A program made the position numbers and the translations under genes. Shown piece by piece: positions 13,151 through 25,429 of a DNA stretch of 64,000 nt. The stretch lies in contig OZ024743.1 of the NCBI GenBank assembly GCA_964016885.1, forward strand, positions 363,010,001 through 363,074,000. Reading direction: 5' to 3'. How positions within the stretch are numbered: position 1 is the stretch's first letter; each line of letters opens with the position of its first letter. This stretch comes from Eledone cirrhosa (taxonomy: Eukaryota). The notes beneath the pieces were generated by a model, which saw nothing but the letters and a program-made list of their open reading frames with translations, had not been told where the DNA came from and did not search any database.

Positions 13151-14197
13151 GTTGACAAAAATTACACACGGCGTTTGTAATATACTAGGAGAATTTAAAT
13201 AACAACATCAATAATAAAGAAAGAAAAAGAAAAAAGAAAAGAGAAAAAAGAGAGAAAGAAAAAGAAAAAGAAAAAGAAAAAGAAAAAGAAAAAGAAAAAG
13301 AAAAAGAAAAAGAAAAAGAAATAAATAATGCTAAATAAGTTAGAATGAAGATGATATAAAATAAGTAAAAAAATATATATGTGAAAAAAATGAACATAGT
13401 ATGATTCTTGAAAATAGAGGTGGTGGTGGTGGTGGTGGTTAAAGTTATAGTGGTGTCTAAGTATAAAGATGTGATGAGTGTATAAATACTATTAATATGA
13501 AAATATTAAATATATACACATATATTGGTTATATCACAGAGGGTTATAGTAGGTAGAAAGAATATAAAGATAAATAATATATAAAAGATAAATTAATAAA
13601 TTAGAAGTTAGGTGAGAGGTGAAGAGAACATGATGGGATATAGTGGAAGAGGTGAAATAGTTTTAGGGATAGAGAGTGAAAAGGTTAGGAGATTATGATG
13701 TTGATTTAGTGATTAGTTGGTCTATTGACAATTAATAATAGTGGGTTATTATAATAGACTCTAAGTGGTTCAGCTTGAATTATGGGATTGTTGGATCGAG
13801 TCATGCTGGTTTTATATATATATATATATATATTTCTCATATTATATATGTATATTCCATTCATCATTATTAACATTTCTAATTTTATTTATTCATTTCA
13901 TCTCAATTGTTAAGTTAACTCAACAAGATATATATGACTTAGAGATTTTCGTTCTCTCCCCTTTTCTCTGCCCCCTCTCTCTCTCTATCTTTCTCTCTCT
14001 GTTGTTCTGGTCTTTCTCTCTCTTTCCTTCTCTATCTTTCTCTTTCTCCGTAACCCAACGGCTTATTTTAAAAATAAAAATATCCAATACTAATAATATA
14101 ATTAAAGCTACAACTCCACTATCCGGGAGCTTCCAACAGTAATGGTTGCATTCTTTAAGGGTATGTCAATATTTATTTATAAAACAGATCTATATTA

Positions 14198-14262
14198 TAT
14201 TTTATCTGATGAAAGCACACCATAATTTAACTTGTTGTCCTTGAAATATGTATAATGAAATA
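14198..14262 (+). ncRNA. Type I hammerhead ribozyme (PLE pLTR family of the 737-aa element)
   Basis: tattttat-CTGATGA-aag...ctt-GAAA-t-atgt-a-TA-atgaaata. Confidence 0.75.
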
Positions 14263-14315
14263 AATATGGTTTTATAAATATAGTTTTCATTTATTAATAT
14301 CGTATGTATTTATAT

Positions 14316-14736
14316 ATATTGTTATGCTTTGGGAGGGTCATGTTGCCAATAAGAAACACACGCACCAGTTGCTTTCACTTCAATTTATTATAAATTAAAT
14401 TTATAAATTTAGGAATTTATAAATTTCCGGTTGGTTGGTTGGTTCCACAACCAGACGATTGTTCATATATTGTCCAAATTCTTTCGTCACACATTCTGTG
14501 ACCTCTTCAGTGACTGGGGAAAAGAAAAGAATCCCCATTCACTGAAGAGGTCTCAGAATGTGTGACGAAAGAACTTTGACAATATATGAACAATCGTCTG
14601 GTTGTGGAACCAACCAACCAACCGGAAATATATAAATTCCTAAATTTATTAATTTAATTTATAATTAATTGAAGTGAAAACAACTGGTGCGTGTGTTTCT
14701 TATTGGCAACATGACCCTCCCAAAGCATAACAATAT
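14316..14736. repeat. ~200-bp-arm inverted repeat (fold-back PLE end) with an HHR core in each arm
   Basis: Arms 14316-14520 and 14531-14736. Consensus core gtca-CTGAAGA-g-gtcaca-gaatg-tgtgac-GAAA-g-aa-c-TT-tgac at 14538-14580 and its RC at 14472-14514. Confidence 0.85.
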
Positions 14737-14826
14737 CGGTTTCAACACACGTTTTCAGATAAAGGATCTTGCTAAACAAATTCAGAAACGAAATATATAT
14801 ATATATATAGAGGAAACATAATAATA

Positions 14827-14866
14827 TCACTGATGATGTCACAGGTGTGTGACGAAAGACCTCTGA
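14827..14866 (+). ncRNA. Minimal hammerhead ribozyme core
   Basis: tca-CTGATGA-t-gtcaca-ggtg-tgtgac-GAAA-g-ac-c-TC-tga. Confidence 0.6.
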
Positions 14867-15011
14867 GAACCTATATATATATAATCTATATGTTTAACTG
14901 TTGGTCAATCAATGATAAACATTGATTGCCAGCTGAATTAATTATAGAAATATAAAATATACTGAAGCGAAAACCAAGCCAAACCAAACAGTGAGTGAGT
15001 TTTATTACATA

Positions 15012-15600
15012 CTAGTAGTGGTACCCGGCGTTGCACGGGATAAGGTATTGTGAAATATATAACCGCATTAGCTAAGCTTAGTATTGCCATAACCGCGACT
15101 GGCAAAGAAGTAAAGGTCTGGTGGTACGTAAGTAAGCAACACTGTGGCTTAAAACGTGAGGAAGAAGTTGTGTGCACTTACCAACTCTTTGGGGAATGAG
15201 TGTGAGATTTGTCTTGAGCAAGAGTGGCAGAATAACCGGAGGCAACAGACAGCCAGACATACAGACAGATATTATAAGGGTGCGTTATGGACGCAAAGCG
15301 AATTGTCGGAAGTGACGTAATGCAGACAGCCAGACATACAGACAGATATGATAAGGGCACGACGTTATATGTATGTATCTATCTAAAAAGAGAAAGACTA
15401 AGAATTATAGAGAGAGATCGCTAAATCGCCTAATGCGGTCCCTAGGGCATTGACATTTTTTTTATCAGAACACTCCCTGAAATATAAGTATTACATGTGT
15501 AAAGTTTGAAAATAGTCGGTTGGGTGCTTCTCTAGTTTTAGGGATTCAAACTCACACACAGAGAGACAGACAGACATCCTCAGTTTTATATATATAGAGA
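15012..15600 (-). mobile_element. Complete non-autonomous Helitron
   Basis: RC: A|TCTCTATATATATAAAACTGAGG at the 5' end; hairpin tatcccgtgcaacgccgggta then ccactaCTAG|T at the 3' end. Confidence 0.9.
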
Positions 15601-15637
15601 TTTCTGGCAATATTATAACATGACACTCCCCAAATAT

Positions 15638-15712
<75 letters not shown>

Positions 15713-15777
15713 CATATTGAGTGAGTTAAATCGGTCAGGCATACCGAAAACGATAAATTGAAACAAAATGAAAACGA

Positions 15778-16285
15778 AGGGGGAGACAGTCACGTGATAC
15801 AACGGTCAAGAAACAGAACTAAGCCCCTTATAACCCCGAAAAAAATATCACGGAGGCGGAGGGGGTATTCATATCGAAGCCGTAGAAGAGGTGGTTAAGG
15901 AGGCGAGAAGTATGAGTAATGGCAGCTTTCCAGCAGTCACTACACTTCAAAGATTACCCGACCGGCTTCGATATGAATACCCCCTCCGCCTCCGTGGTAT
16001 GTTTTCGGGGTTATAAGGGGCTTAGCTCTGTTTCTTGACCATTGTATCACGTGACTGTCTCCCCCTCCGCCTTTTGGGATTCTTTCTCACATCATATAGA
16101 CGCGTTCTTGAGGCTAGTAAAACGAGGTATCCTCTTGATAAGTCGGCAGACCTCGCAAAGGCTCTATATCTATATGATGTATTGTTTTTGTTTATGCCAC
16201 GAAACTACGTAGTCGAGGAATCTAGAAGCAGTTTGGGTATGATACATCTTATTACTAATTATATCTAAATGTTTCTTCTCTCTTC

Positions 16286-16290
<5 letters not shown>
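15778..16290 (+). mobile_element. PLE-type terminal fragment with 5' inversion (arms ~15778-15882 and 15963-16066) and an HHR
   Basis: ~105-bp inverted repeat, HHR at 16130-16219, ends in (TA)n. Confidence 0.7.
16130..16219 (+). ncRNA. Type I hammerhead ribozyme, U3-A8 core variant
   Basis: tcctc-TTGATAA-gtcggca...tgccac-GAAA-ctacgtag-TC-gagga; palindromic stem III ACTACGTAGT, GUC site. Confidence 0.75.
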
Positions 16291-16369
<79 letters not shown>

Positions 16370-16373
<4 letters not shown>

Positions 16374-16435
16374 TATATAATTATATATTCGTGTACAGAT
16401 ATTTTTGCATACACAAAAACAAAATATAAACAAAC

Positions 16436-16513
<78 letters not shown>

Positions 16514-16614
16514 TTGAAGACTAAAATCCAAAGAGGGCTCGATAAGGATAAATATATATCAAATATATAAGAACCCTAGAGCAAATCCCAAGCAACGCCG
16601 GGCCATTCTGCTAG
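16370..16614 (+). mobile_element. Non-autonomous Helitron 3' end (same family as 4391-4585 and 38848-38960)
   Basis: atcccaagcaacgccgggccattctgCTAG|T, with internal (AAT)n. Confidence 0.8.
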
Positions 16615-16659
16615 TATTGTCTATGTCTAATCACTGTGTTTAATACCGATAGCTTTTCA

Positions 16660-16855
16660 AGAAATAAGAACCGGGGGAACCATAACGCACCAGAGTACTC
16701 GATACTTAGGGTAGTAGAGTGGGTAATAGGAAAAGAGTCAGGTCCCCGACGGCTGAGCTCCGGCCTTTTAGACAGCTAGATCCGAACGCTAGAGTTCGGA
16801 TCTAGCTGTCGAAACGGCTGGAGCTCAGCCGTCGGGGTCCTGATTCTTTTCCTAT
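16660..16855 (-). mobile_element. Fold-back PLE end, family F1 (hairpin 16726-16855)
   Basis: Same sequence as 37315-37516 and 45101-45290. Contains an HHR 3' half GAAACGGCT-tgagctc-AGCCGTC. Confidence 0.75.
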
Positions 16856-16858
16856 ATA

Positions 16859-17040
16859 TAGAAGTAGTAACACAACAGTTAGTTCACCATACCGTCCGGG
16901 CTGAAGATCCGCATAAGGTGAAACAATTGTTCTCGGTATGGTGAACTAACTGTTGTGTTACTACTTCTACCAAACTCGTCCCACGGACTGAGTGCTCTGC
17001 TCTACCACAATGGATATTACCTTCCAGTGTTCTACGTCTC
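16859..17040 (+). mobile_element. Fold-back PLE end, family F2, with HHR at 16896-16936
   Basis: Arms 16859-16894 and 16934-16969. ccggg-CTGAAGA-tccgcataaggt-GAAA-c-aatt-g-TT-ctcgg. Confidence 0.75.
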
Positions 17041-17042
17041 TT

Positions 17043-17145
<103 letters not shown>

Positions 17146-17312
17146 GAGATAACAGGTTATCGTTATAGGCAGTCCACTTAGATGTAGTCCCGTTAGAGTA
17201 CTCCGTGTAGTGGATAGTATTAACGTGTGGCTTAGTTTGACTCAACAAGACGTTTCCATAGTGATGCTGCGAGTTCGCGGTCATTTCTATGTAGTTTATA
17301 CTTGGAGTAATA

Positions 17313-18387
17313 ATAATTCAAGAAAAAAGAGTGACATGGTTCGCTGTACAATAAGGGCTTTATTCACATTGCTGACAATTGTTTCTTCGATCTGGTGGGT
17401 AGTGTTCGCTACCCGCCTGATTTTGCGTCAATCGATCAAACAATTATGGGACCAAACAATTATATCTCACATTAGCACTCATGATCTCTAACAGATGAAT
17501 TTAATTCTAAGTACATTATCTTATTACTCCTACACTCCTTGAAATCTCACTTTCCTCTTATTATTATTATGAACATCTCAATGTATCCCTAATATTATTC
17601 ATCATGTTCTCTATATCTACCATGCATATTTTAATATTTTATTACCTTTATTGTCTCTACTATTATTGTTGTTATTATTCTTTTATTTATACACGATTGA
17701 TTATTGATGTTGTGAAAACTAAACCACCATGATTCGAACTAACAATCCCTACTTTTAGTATAGGCCACTTAAATAAAGAATCTACAACTCCACTTAACAC
17801 CACATAAAAACTATCATTATCACTAAACTAATACAACGAAAATCTTTATATGTCAGACAATAAGGAAATCCCAGGTGTATTGCCAGCACACCTACAGCAA
17901 AGCACACACCTCATACATCTATCTTGACCCCAAGTACATTTTAGTTGTCACTGTTATATCTCCGCCACCTTAACACTATATCTAACGTACCCTATAGCAG
18001 TTTTCACATGTCAATTTCATACATCTGTATAATATCAGTTCGTTTAACATGCTAGATTCATCATTATACTCTATTTCTTACTGATGTTATTATTTCTTAC
18101 TCATGTTATTATTTTAACTATTCACTATCTAGTATTTTATTTTATTACTGATATTATTGTTCTGGTTTAATACCACTCTTATAAAAAGCCATGCCTTGTG
18201 TATATTCTTCACTTTCGCGTGCTCCGATGAAAACGACTGGTTATAAACAAAGTACTGCAGATCGATTGACGCAAAATCAGGCGGGTAGCGAACTCTAGAC
18301 CTACCAGATCGAAGAAACAATTTTCAGCAATGTGAATAAAGCCCTTATTGTATAGCGAACCATGTGACTCTTTTTTCTTGAATTATA
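17313..18387 (+). mobile_element. PLE pLTR remnant with 5' inverted copy of its 3' end
   Basis: 17313-17457 is the RC of ~18260-18387. HHR-like core with long stem II at 18220-18329. (TA)n at the 3' end. Confidence 0.7.
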
Positions 18388-18401
18388 TATATATATATAT
18401 A

Positions 18402-18660
18402 TAGAAATGGTTACACAGCAGTTAGTTCACCATACCGAGGACAATTGTTTCACCTTAGCGGATCCTCAGCTCGTAATGAACATGGTTATACGGAACAAAT
18501 AACCGTATAACCATGTCCATTACAAGCTGGGGATCCGCTAAGGTGAAACAATTGTTCTCGGTATGGTGAACTAACTGTTGTGTAACCACTTCTACCTAAC
18601 TCGCCCCATGGACTGAGTTCTCTACCACTACGGATATTACCTTCCAGTGTTATACCACTA
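18402..18660 (+). mobile_element. Fold-back PLE end, family F2 (arms ~18402-18490 and 18506-18594)
   Basis: RC of 18436-18473: cgag-CTGAGGA-tccgctaaggt-GAAA-c-aatt-g-TC-ctcg. (TA)n on both sides. Confidence 0.8.
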
Positions 18661-18671
18661 TATATATATAT

Positions 18672-21160
18672 CTTTATTCTGAATTCTTTAAATCGGAAAA
18701 TTCCTCAACTTCGCGGTGGAATTTATCGTCACGATGGCCTTTTTACTGTCTTAAACTGAAACTTAGTTAACCTTAATATTATTAAGAACAATATACTTGA
18801 TCTATTTAAGCACCTTAAAATTGAATTTGATAACAACGTCAAACTAGCTAACTTCTTGGATATATCCCTTAATCTTGACACTGGCCTATATTATCCTTAC
18901 GATAAAAACAATGAGAATCTAAATTATGTTAATTTTAAATCTAACCACCCCATTGACGTTAAAAATGCTATAGTCAGTAATATTGGAAAAAGAATCTCAA
19001 ATCTATCCTCTAATAAAGTTATCTTCGACGCTAATGCCAATTACTATAATAATGCGCTTTCCAAAGCCGGCTATCCTTATAAAATTAAATACAGTAAAGA
19101 AACCAATCATCGAAGGACTTATAGTAAAATAGTTAATTATGAACATTCCAATAATTTAAATAAAAGACCTAGATACAAAAATATGATTTGGTATAATGCT
19201 CCTTTTTCTCTATCTATCACTAATAATATTCCTAAACTATTCTTTAGGGCCTTAGATAAATGCTTCCCTCCCTCGCATATCTATAGTAAAATCTTTAACA
19301 AACATACAATCAAATTCTCTTATTCCACCGCTTCCAACATCTCTAACATTATCTCTAAACACAATAATAAAATATTAAGTAATACATTACATCCATCCAA
19401 CACTGAGCGTCATAATAATAGCAGTAGTAATCCCGACGTCAAAGTTAACTCTAGGTTAGATTCCGTAAATTTAAATACGACGTCAAACGTAACTTCGTTG
19501 AATGTTCATAATACCAATCTAAATCAGGAAACTATAGTTCCTATCGTAAATAACTTCTCCAATCCAATTCCTTCTATAAATAATACTAGGTCACTTGTTA
19601 ATAACTCTGCTAATTTCTCTAATAGTAATTTTATTGCCCTGTTAGAACTAAATGTCCTCTTAATAACCAATGTCTTGATAAAAACTTAGTGTATGAATGT
19701 AAAGTTATAACTGGTACTAATTCTTTTACCTATTTCGGTTCCACTTCCACTTCCTTTAAAGCAAGATTTTATAATCACAAATCGTCTTTTAAATACCAAC
19801 TTAAAAGAACTAACACAGCACTCTCGGAACTCATATGGTCCTTAAAAGACAAAAATATTAACTATAACATCTCTTGGAGGAAGGTTTGCAACGCCTTTCC
19901 TTACCTGAATTCTTCCCTATCCAGAACATGTAATCTCTGCCTAGCTGAGAAATTTACCATTATATCTAATTTTAATTCTATAATAAATAGACGTACGGAT
20001 TTATTTTCGCTCTGCTTGCATAAATCCCATAGAACATTCCATAAAATATACAGCTAATATCTCAATACCTAATTAGTTTAAAATCTTCTTTTTCTCAATA
20101 GTTTTTATATCTTTTACAAATATACCCATCTTTCTACCTTTTTTCAGTATATTATATTATACAATTTACTCACTATATCTTTCTTCTTTTTATCCTTTTT
20201 CCTTCTTCCTTTTTCTTTTTTAATTTCTAATCCTTAATCTGTAACTTTTACTTCCCAATTACTTCTCAATTCATATTATTACTCACTACAGCATTCTCCA
20301 ATTTTCCATTTTTCCTCATATTATTGGCCATAGAAACTATATATTTTTTAATATATAATAATATTACCATTAGTAAATTTTTGTAAACATATACTTTTTG
20401 ACGTTAGATATTTTTTCTTCTTTAAATTCTCTTTTTTCTTCTCTCCTTCCATGCTCGTTTTAAACCTATTATTTACTTTTACATATTACAATACATAAAC
20501 ACAAACTTAAACCCTAACTAATTCCTCTAAGTTCATAATTCATTTCTTCTTCTCCTTCTTTCACATTATATCCTTAATATCATTAATATTTTTATTTTAA
20601 TAATACATAATAATAAATTCGCTTTTTTTTTTTTTCGCACATATTATTAAACCTTCAATATATAAACCTAAATTAATACTATTCCTAATTCCTTTTTCTT
20701 CAATCATAAACAGCAACATCCATAAACCTCATTAACTTTTAATTTCAAAATCTTTTAAAATTATCTATTATCTCCCAACGGTTTTTTAATTTCTCTCTGT
20801 GAGACAAGGTTTTTCTCAGTTGTAAAGGCTATTTCTCTCTCTCTATCACTCATTTCCCCTCCACTCTCATCCTTCCTTCTTACACTCCTCCCCCACCATC
20901 CTTTATTTTCTTTCTTCCTCTTCCTTACCTTTTCCTACCCCCCCCCCCTCATTATTTTACCAATCTCATTTATTCATCTTACTTTTATTTTTTATTTTTC
21001 ATATGTTGATTTAAAACTTCACTGCTCACAAGTGTTTTTTAAGCTTCATATCATGTCTCTCTATTTTATCTGATGAGAACGCAGATATCATCCCATGATG
21101 ATATTTGTTTTTGAAATGCGCATAATAAAATACTTGGAACTCTTTTAACCATCTTTTGAT

Positions 21161-21165
<5 letters not shown>
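18672..21165 (+). mobile_element. 5'-truncated Penelope-like element (Hydra-clade-like): RT C-terminus + GIY-YIG + long 3' pLTR with HHR
   Basis: GGIYRHDG, FLDISLNL, YVNFKSNHP, IWYNAPFS, YFGSTSTSFKARFYNH, CNLCLAEK, CLH. Homologous to 49180-51393 and flanked by (TA)n. Confidence 0.9.
21062..21132 (+). ncRNA. Type I hammerhead ribozyme in the PLE 3' pLTR
   Basis: tattttat-CTGATGA-gaac-gcagatatcatc-ccat-gatgatatttgt-tttt-GAAA-t-gcgc-a-TA-ataaaata; 8-bp stem I, palindromic stem III. Confidence 0.85.
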
Positions 21166-21227
<62 letters not shown>

Positions 21228-21683
21228 TGTTATTAGTCTAAACTGGTAAATTTCAATCTATCTCTCTCTATATATATATATGTGTGTGTAGGTGTGTGTG
21301 TAGGTGTAGGTGTGTGTGTGTGAAGTGTGCGTATGTGTATGTGTGTATGTGTGTGTGGGGGGTGCGACATTAACAATGGCATAGATAACCAGTTACCTCC
21401 CTTGTAATAGAAAATACGTCAGTGGTGATTAATGACTTGTAAAAAAAATACATAAAATGTAACCTTGAAAATGAAACTTTGAAACGCTCTCCATAGCTTA
21501 AACCGGTCTATACCAAAACAAATTAGATAACAATGGTTCTTTCAGCATACATCATTTTAAGAAAGAAATTAATTTATTTTGCATGAATTTTTCTTTTCGT
21601 TAATTTTCCTAAATTTTCGTCTATATACATAAGGTGCATCTTCAAATATTTACTCTCTCTCTCTCTCTCTCTCTCTCGCTCTA

Positions 21684-21724
<41 letters not shown>

Positions 21725-22104
21725 CCTCTCTTTCTTGCTTCTCTCTCTCTCGCTCCCCCTCTTTCTTTTTCTCTCGTTCCCCTCTCTCTATATCTTGCTC
21801 CTCCTCTCTCTCTCTCCCTCTTTCACCCTCTGTCTTACTCTCTATTCCACTCTGTAATTAAGATAAAGCTTCTAGATAAAGTGATTAATGACCACATTAT
21901 TATATTCATGGAATATTTATTTGTGGTAATATATCCTAACGTATTTAGTCCGACTCTCTACTGTTTTTGTAATGCCTTTATTGCCAAATAGGTTACTCGA
22001 TTTCGCTGCTGTGATAGAGAATACCTTTTCCGTTTTGTGTCTGAGAGGTAATTGTTCTGAAACATGCATGACCAGCATGGCGTAAAATTTTCTTTCACAT
22101 AGGG

Positions 22105-22304
22105 GCATGCATCGTGGTGTGGTTTATGAGTTCGCTTGCAGCTTTGTGGTTTCGGTTTCAATCCCACCGCATGACAATTTGGGCCAGAGCTATCTAATGT
22201 AGAATCAGGTTAACCTATACCTTGGGAAAGAAATTTGGTCGGTGGAAAATGTAAGAAGCCTGTCGCATATGTATTTGTGTGTGCGTGTGTGTGTGTGCGT
22301 GTGC

Positions 22305-22381
<77 letters not shown>

Positions 22382-22625
22382 GTGTGTGTGTGTGTGTGTG
22401 TATGTGTGTGTGTGTGTGTCTGTCTGTTTCTGTGAGTGTTTGTGTGTATTTTTTTGTGTTAACGTTTTCTGTTTGTTGTCCATTAACTTAACAGTTCGTC
22501 GAAAATAGATCCATAAAACATACTTGAAAAAAATTATACTGGGGTTGATATTATCGACTAAATCCCTTAAAGGTGGTGTCCCAGCATGGCCACCAGTTTA
22601 ATGGCTCAATTCAGGATAAGTATGA
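22105..22625 (+). mobile_element. Old tRNA-derived SINE (CORE-like) with internal microsatellite
   Basis: tggtgtggtt...ggtttcaatccca head and cccagcatggcc...tggc tail. Diverged. Confidence 0.55.
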
Positions 22626-23719
22626 AATCATAACTGATTAAAAGAATATCCGTCCGTGTTTCAGATTTATACGGAAGGGATCATTAATTTTCGATTAAAT
22701 ATTGATCAGAAAATTCTAAAGTTTCGGGAAAATAAAATAAAGGTTTAGTAAAGAGTGTCAAGTGTGCGTTTGTGTGGGATAATTAGTCATTTTAGCGCAC
22801 AAATTGTAAATCTGCTAATTAAGTGTAAATGAAATATGCTCTGCTTTTCTCAGCGTTTGCATTAAGTTTTAAGTTATTAAGCATTTTTTTTTTAGACTAG
22901 AAGCCTTGAAATGGAATAGTCAGCAATTTCATTTGCCCTACTAACAAAAACATCATATTCAATTTCAAGCAATTCGGCTGAGAAAGAAATAATTGTATGT
23001 ATATGCAAAAATTTAAACACCCGATGTTTGTTTGATTTATTTGTTTGTTTATTTTTTTATTTATTCATGATTATTTTATATTTTCTTTTTTTCAACGCTT
23101 TAAATATATGCATGTATGTATGTATGTATGTATGTATGTATGTATGTATGTATGTATGTATGTATGTATGTATGTATGTATGTATGTATGTATGTATGCA
23201 TGCATGCATGCATGTATGTATGTATGTATGCATGCATGTATGTATGTATGTATGTATGTATGTATATATATATAAATGTATGTATGCACGTATGCATGTA
23301 TGTATATATGTGTGATTTGTGTGATTGTGTTTGTGTAAAGTAGTAGTAGTACATATGTATGTGATATAACTATGTGTACTTGTGCGTGACTATATCTCTG
23401 TATGTATGCGTGTTGTGCGTGTGTGCACGTATGTATGTTTGTATGTAGGAAATGATGTGTGTGTGTGTGTGTTTCTTTACATGTATATGTATATTTTAAA
23501 AGCAACAAAATATGATGATTGTGAAACGCTGGCAAAATTAAGTTGGAAACTTTTAAATTGCAAGCTCTCATTAAACTCCCTTTTTTATAATTTCATACGT
23601 AGACACAAACTTACACATATACATACACATACAGTCACTGCAAACAAATATACAGCATATAGAAATACATACACAGATATACACATGCACTCTTAAATGA
23701 CTTAGTCTGATGCTGTAGA

Positions 23720-23880
23720 CATAGCATGGTCGAACGTTTAAGGGGATTGCTTCAAAATCATTAGGTCCCAGGTTCGATCCTATTCCGTAACATCTTGGGC
23801 AAGTGTCCTTTACCATAGCCTCGAGTGGAGAAAAGTCTTGTGGGTGAAATTGGATAGGCAGAAACTGTTGAGAAACCCTT
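23720..23880 (+). mobile_element. Old tRNA-derived CORE-like SINE fragment
   Basis: ggttcgatcc B-box followed by cttgggcaagtgtc. Confidence 0.6.
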
Positions 23881-23942
23881 CTGATTGATTGTACATGTAA
23901 TTTAAATGGCCAGCAGCAAGTTATCGATATTTATCCACAGAA

Positions 23943-24163
23943 GGGCAGCGGATTGGCAGAATCGGTAGGGCGTCGGACAACATGCTTTACAGCATAGAGT
24001 TACGGCTCTTTATGATCGGTGCTCAAATCCCGCCGAGGTTAACTTTGCCTTTCATCCTTACGGGATCGATAAAATAAAGTACCAGTCACTCATTGGGGTC
24101 GATATAATCCACTTTCCCCTCCCCCAAAATTGTTTGGCCTTGTTCCTATAAAAGAAACCATTA
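23943..24163 (+). mobile_element. tRNA-derived SINE (family A, longer subfamily)
   Basis: Family consensus; flanked by tttatccacaga at 23930-23941 and 24164-24175. Confidence 0.9.
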
Positions 24164-24178
24164 TTTATCCACAGACTA

Positions 24179-24367
24179 GGCCGGTGGATTGGCAGTATCG
24201 GTAGAGGGTCGGACGCCATGCTTTCCAGCATAGTTACGTCCCTTTACGATCTGAGTTCAAATCCCGCCGAGGTTGACTTTGCCTTTCATCCTTACGGGGT
24301 CGATAAAATAAAGTACCAGTAATGCACTGGGTAATTGCTGGCCTTGTGCCTAAAGTAGAAACAATTA
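24179..24367 (+). mobile_element. tRNA-derived SINE (family A)
   Basis: Family consensus; TSD attatttatccacagact at 24160-24177 and 24364-24381. Confidence 0.9.
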
Positions 24368-25429
24368 TTTATCCACAGACTGGGTATTTGCAACGTGTGG
24401 AAATCCCTAAAGACACTCAAGAGCCAGGTGGTGGTATTAAAGTGGTGACGGATTAAGTCTATTATCCAAGAAGAGGTAGAGTTTATAAGACATGTTATTG
24501 CTTAGATTCGTCTTGCCAATTTCATTCACATGTTTATGTATGGTTACTGAGTGTTAGACAACCAGATAAAGAGTTAATGGTCTGCATGTTAGCACCGATT
24601 TGTACTGTTGCCAAAGTTGGCAAAACCACTTGGCTTGCAACGGTGCTATTCAAGTAACCATGAATAGGTGCCACATGATGCAACCCCTCACTGTTACAAG
24701 CAATGGGGACACTGTAGAATTAGCGAGTGATATGTTATCCTGCAGTAACCAGTAAGACTTCTTCTTTCGTATGAGGCAACACATGCGATCCCCTATTCAT
24801 ACGCTCTATTAAGCCCAATACCAACTCATGGTATTGGGCTTAAGGTGCTTCAGGTTCACACTGTAAGGTTGGCGAAGATCCGGAGCACTCACTTATTATG
24901 AGTTGAGCAGTCTGCTCTGGTGTGCAATACTAGCAAGATGCTGATGGCTGCAGCCCCCTGCGGTACATGGTAGCATTAAATCGGTCGAAACCTGTCCGTG
25001 GCCGATTCAGGGACTCCTACCCCACCCAAGAGAGGTTAGCGTCTGGTGGAACCTGGAAACTAATCGCTTAACAGGTTAATGACAACAACCTGAGACATCA
25101 ACAGTATATTTATCCGAGTATTTTATACAAGTTTTGTAATGCATTCTTGATGACCGCAGCTCATACCGACCCGGAACGCGCGCCCTCTTCAGAGCAGCCA
25201 TCCCATGGTGTCTTACATTGATGGCATCACCGTGCTGAAACTGAATGCTGAATGTTGAGTAAAAGTTAATCCATTTTCAGTTGTCCAAATTATGTAGGTA
25301 ACACGAAATAAACTACTCCAAAGAGTGTTCAGGAACAAACATTATAGACCGTATGACTTAATTATTTCCTCTACTTCACATTCACGTGGTTCAGGGTTCG
25401 CTCCAAAACACGGAACATTAATCACATGT

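Noticed and set aside
24179-24270. tRNA genes
   Set aside because: The A/B-box-like sequences are SINE heads and continue into a SINE body and tail; no complete cloverleaf forms.
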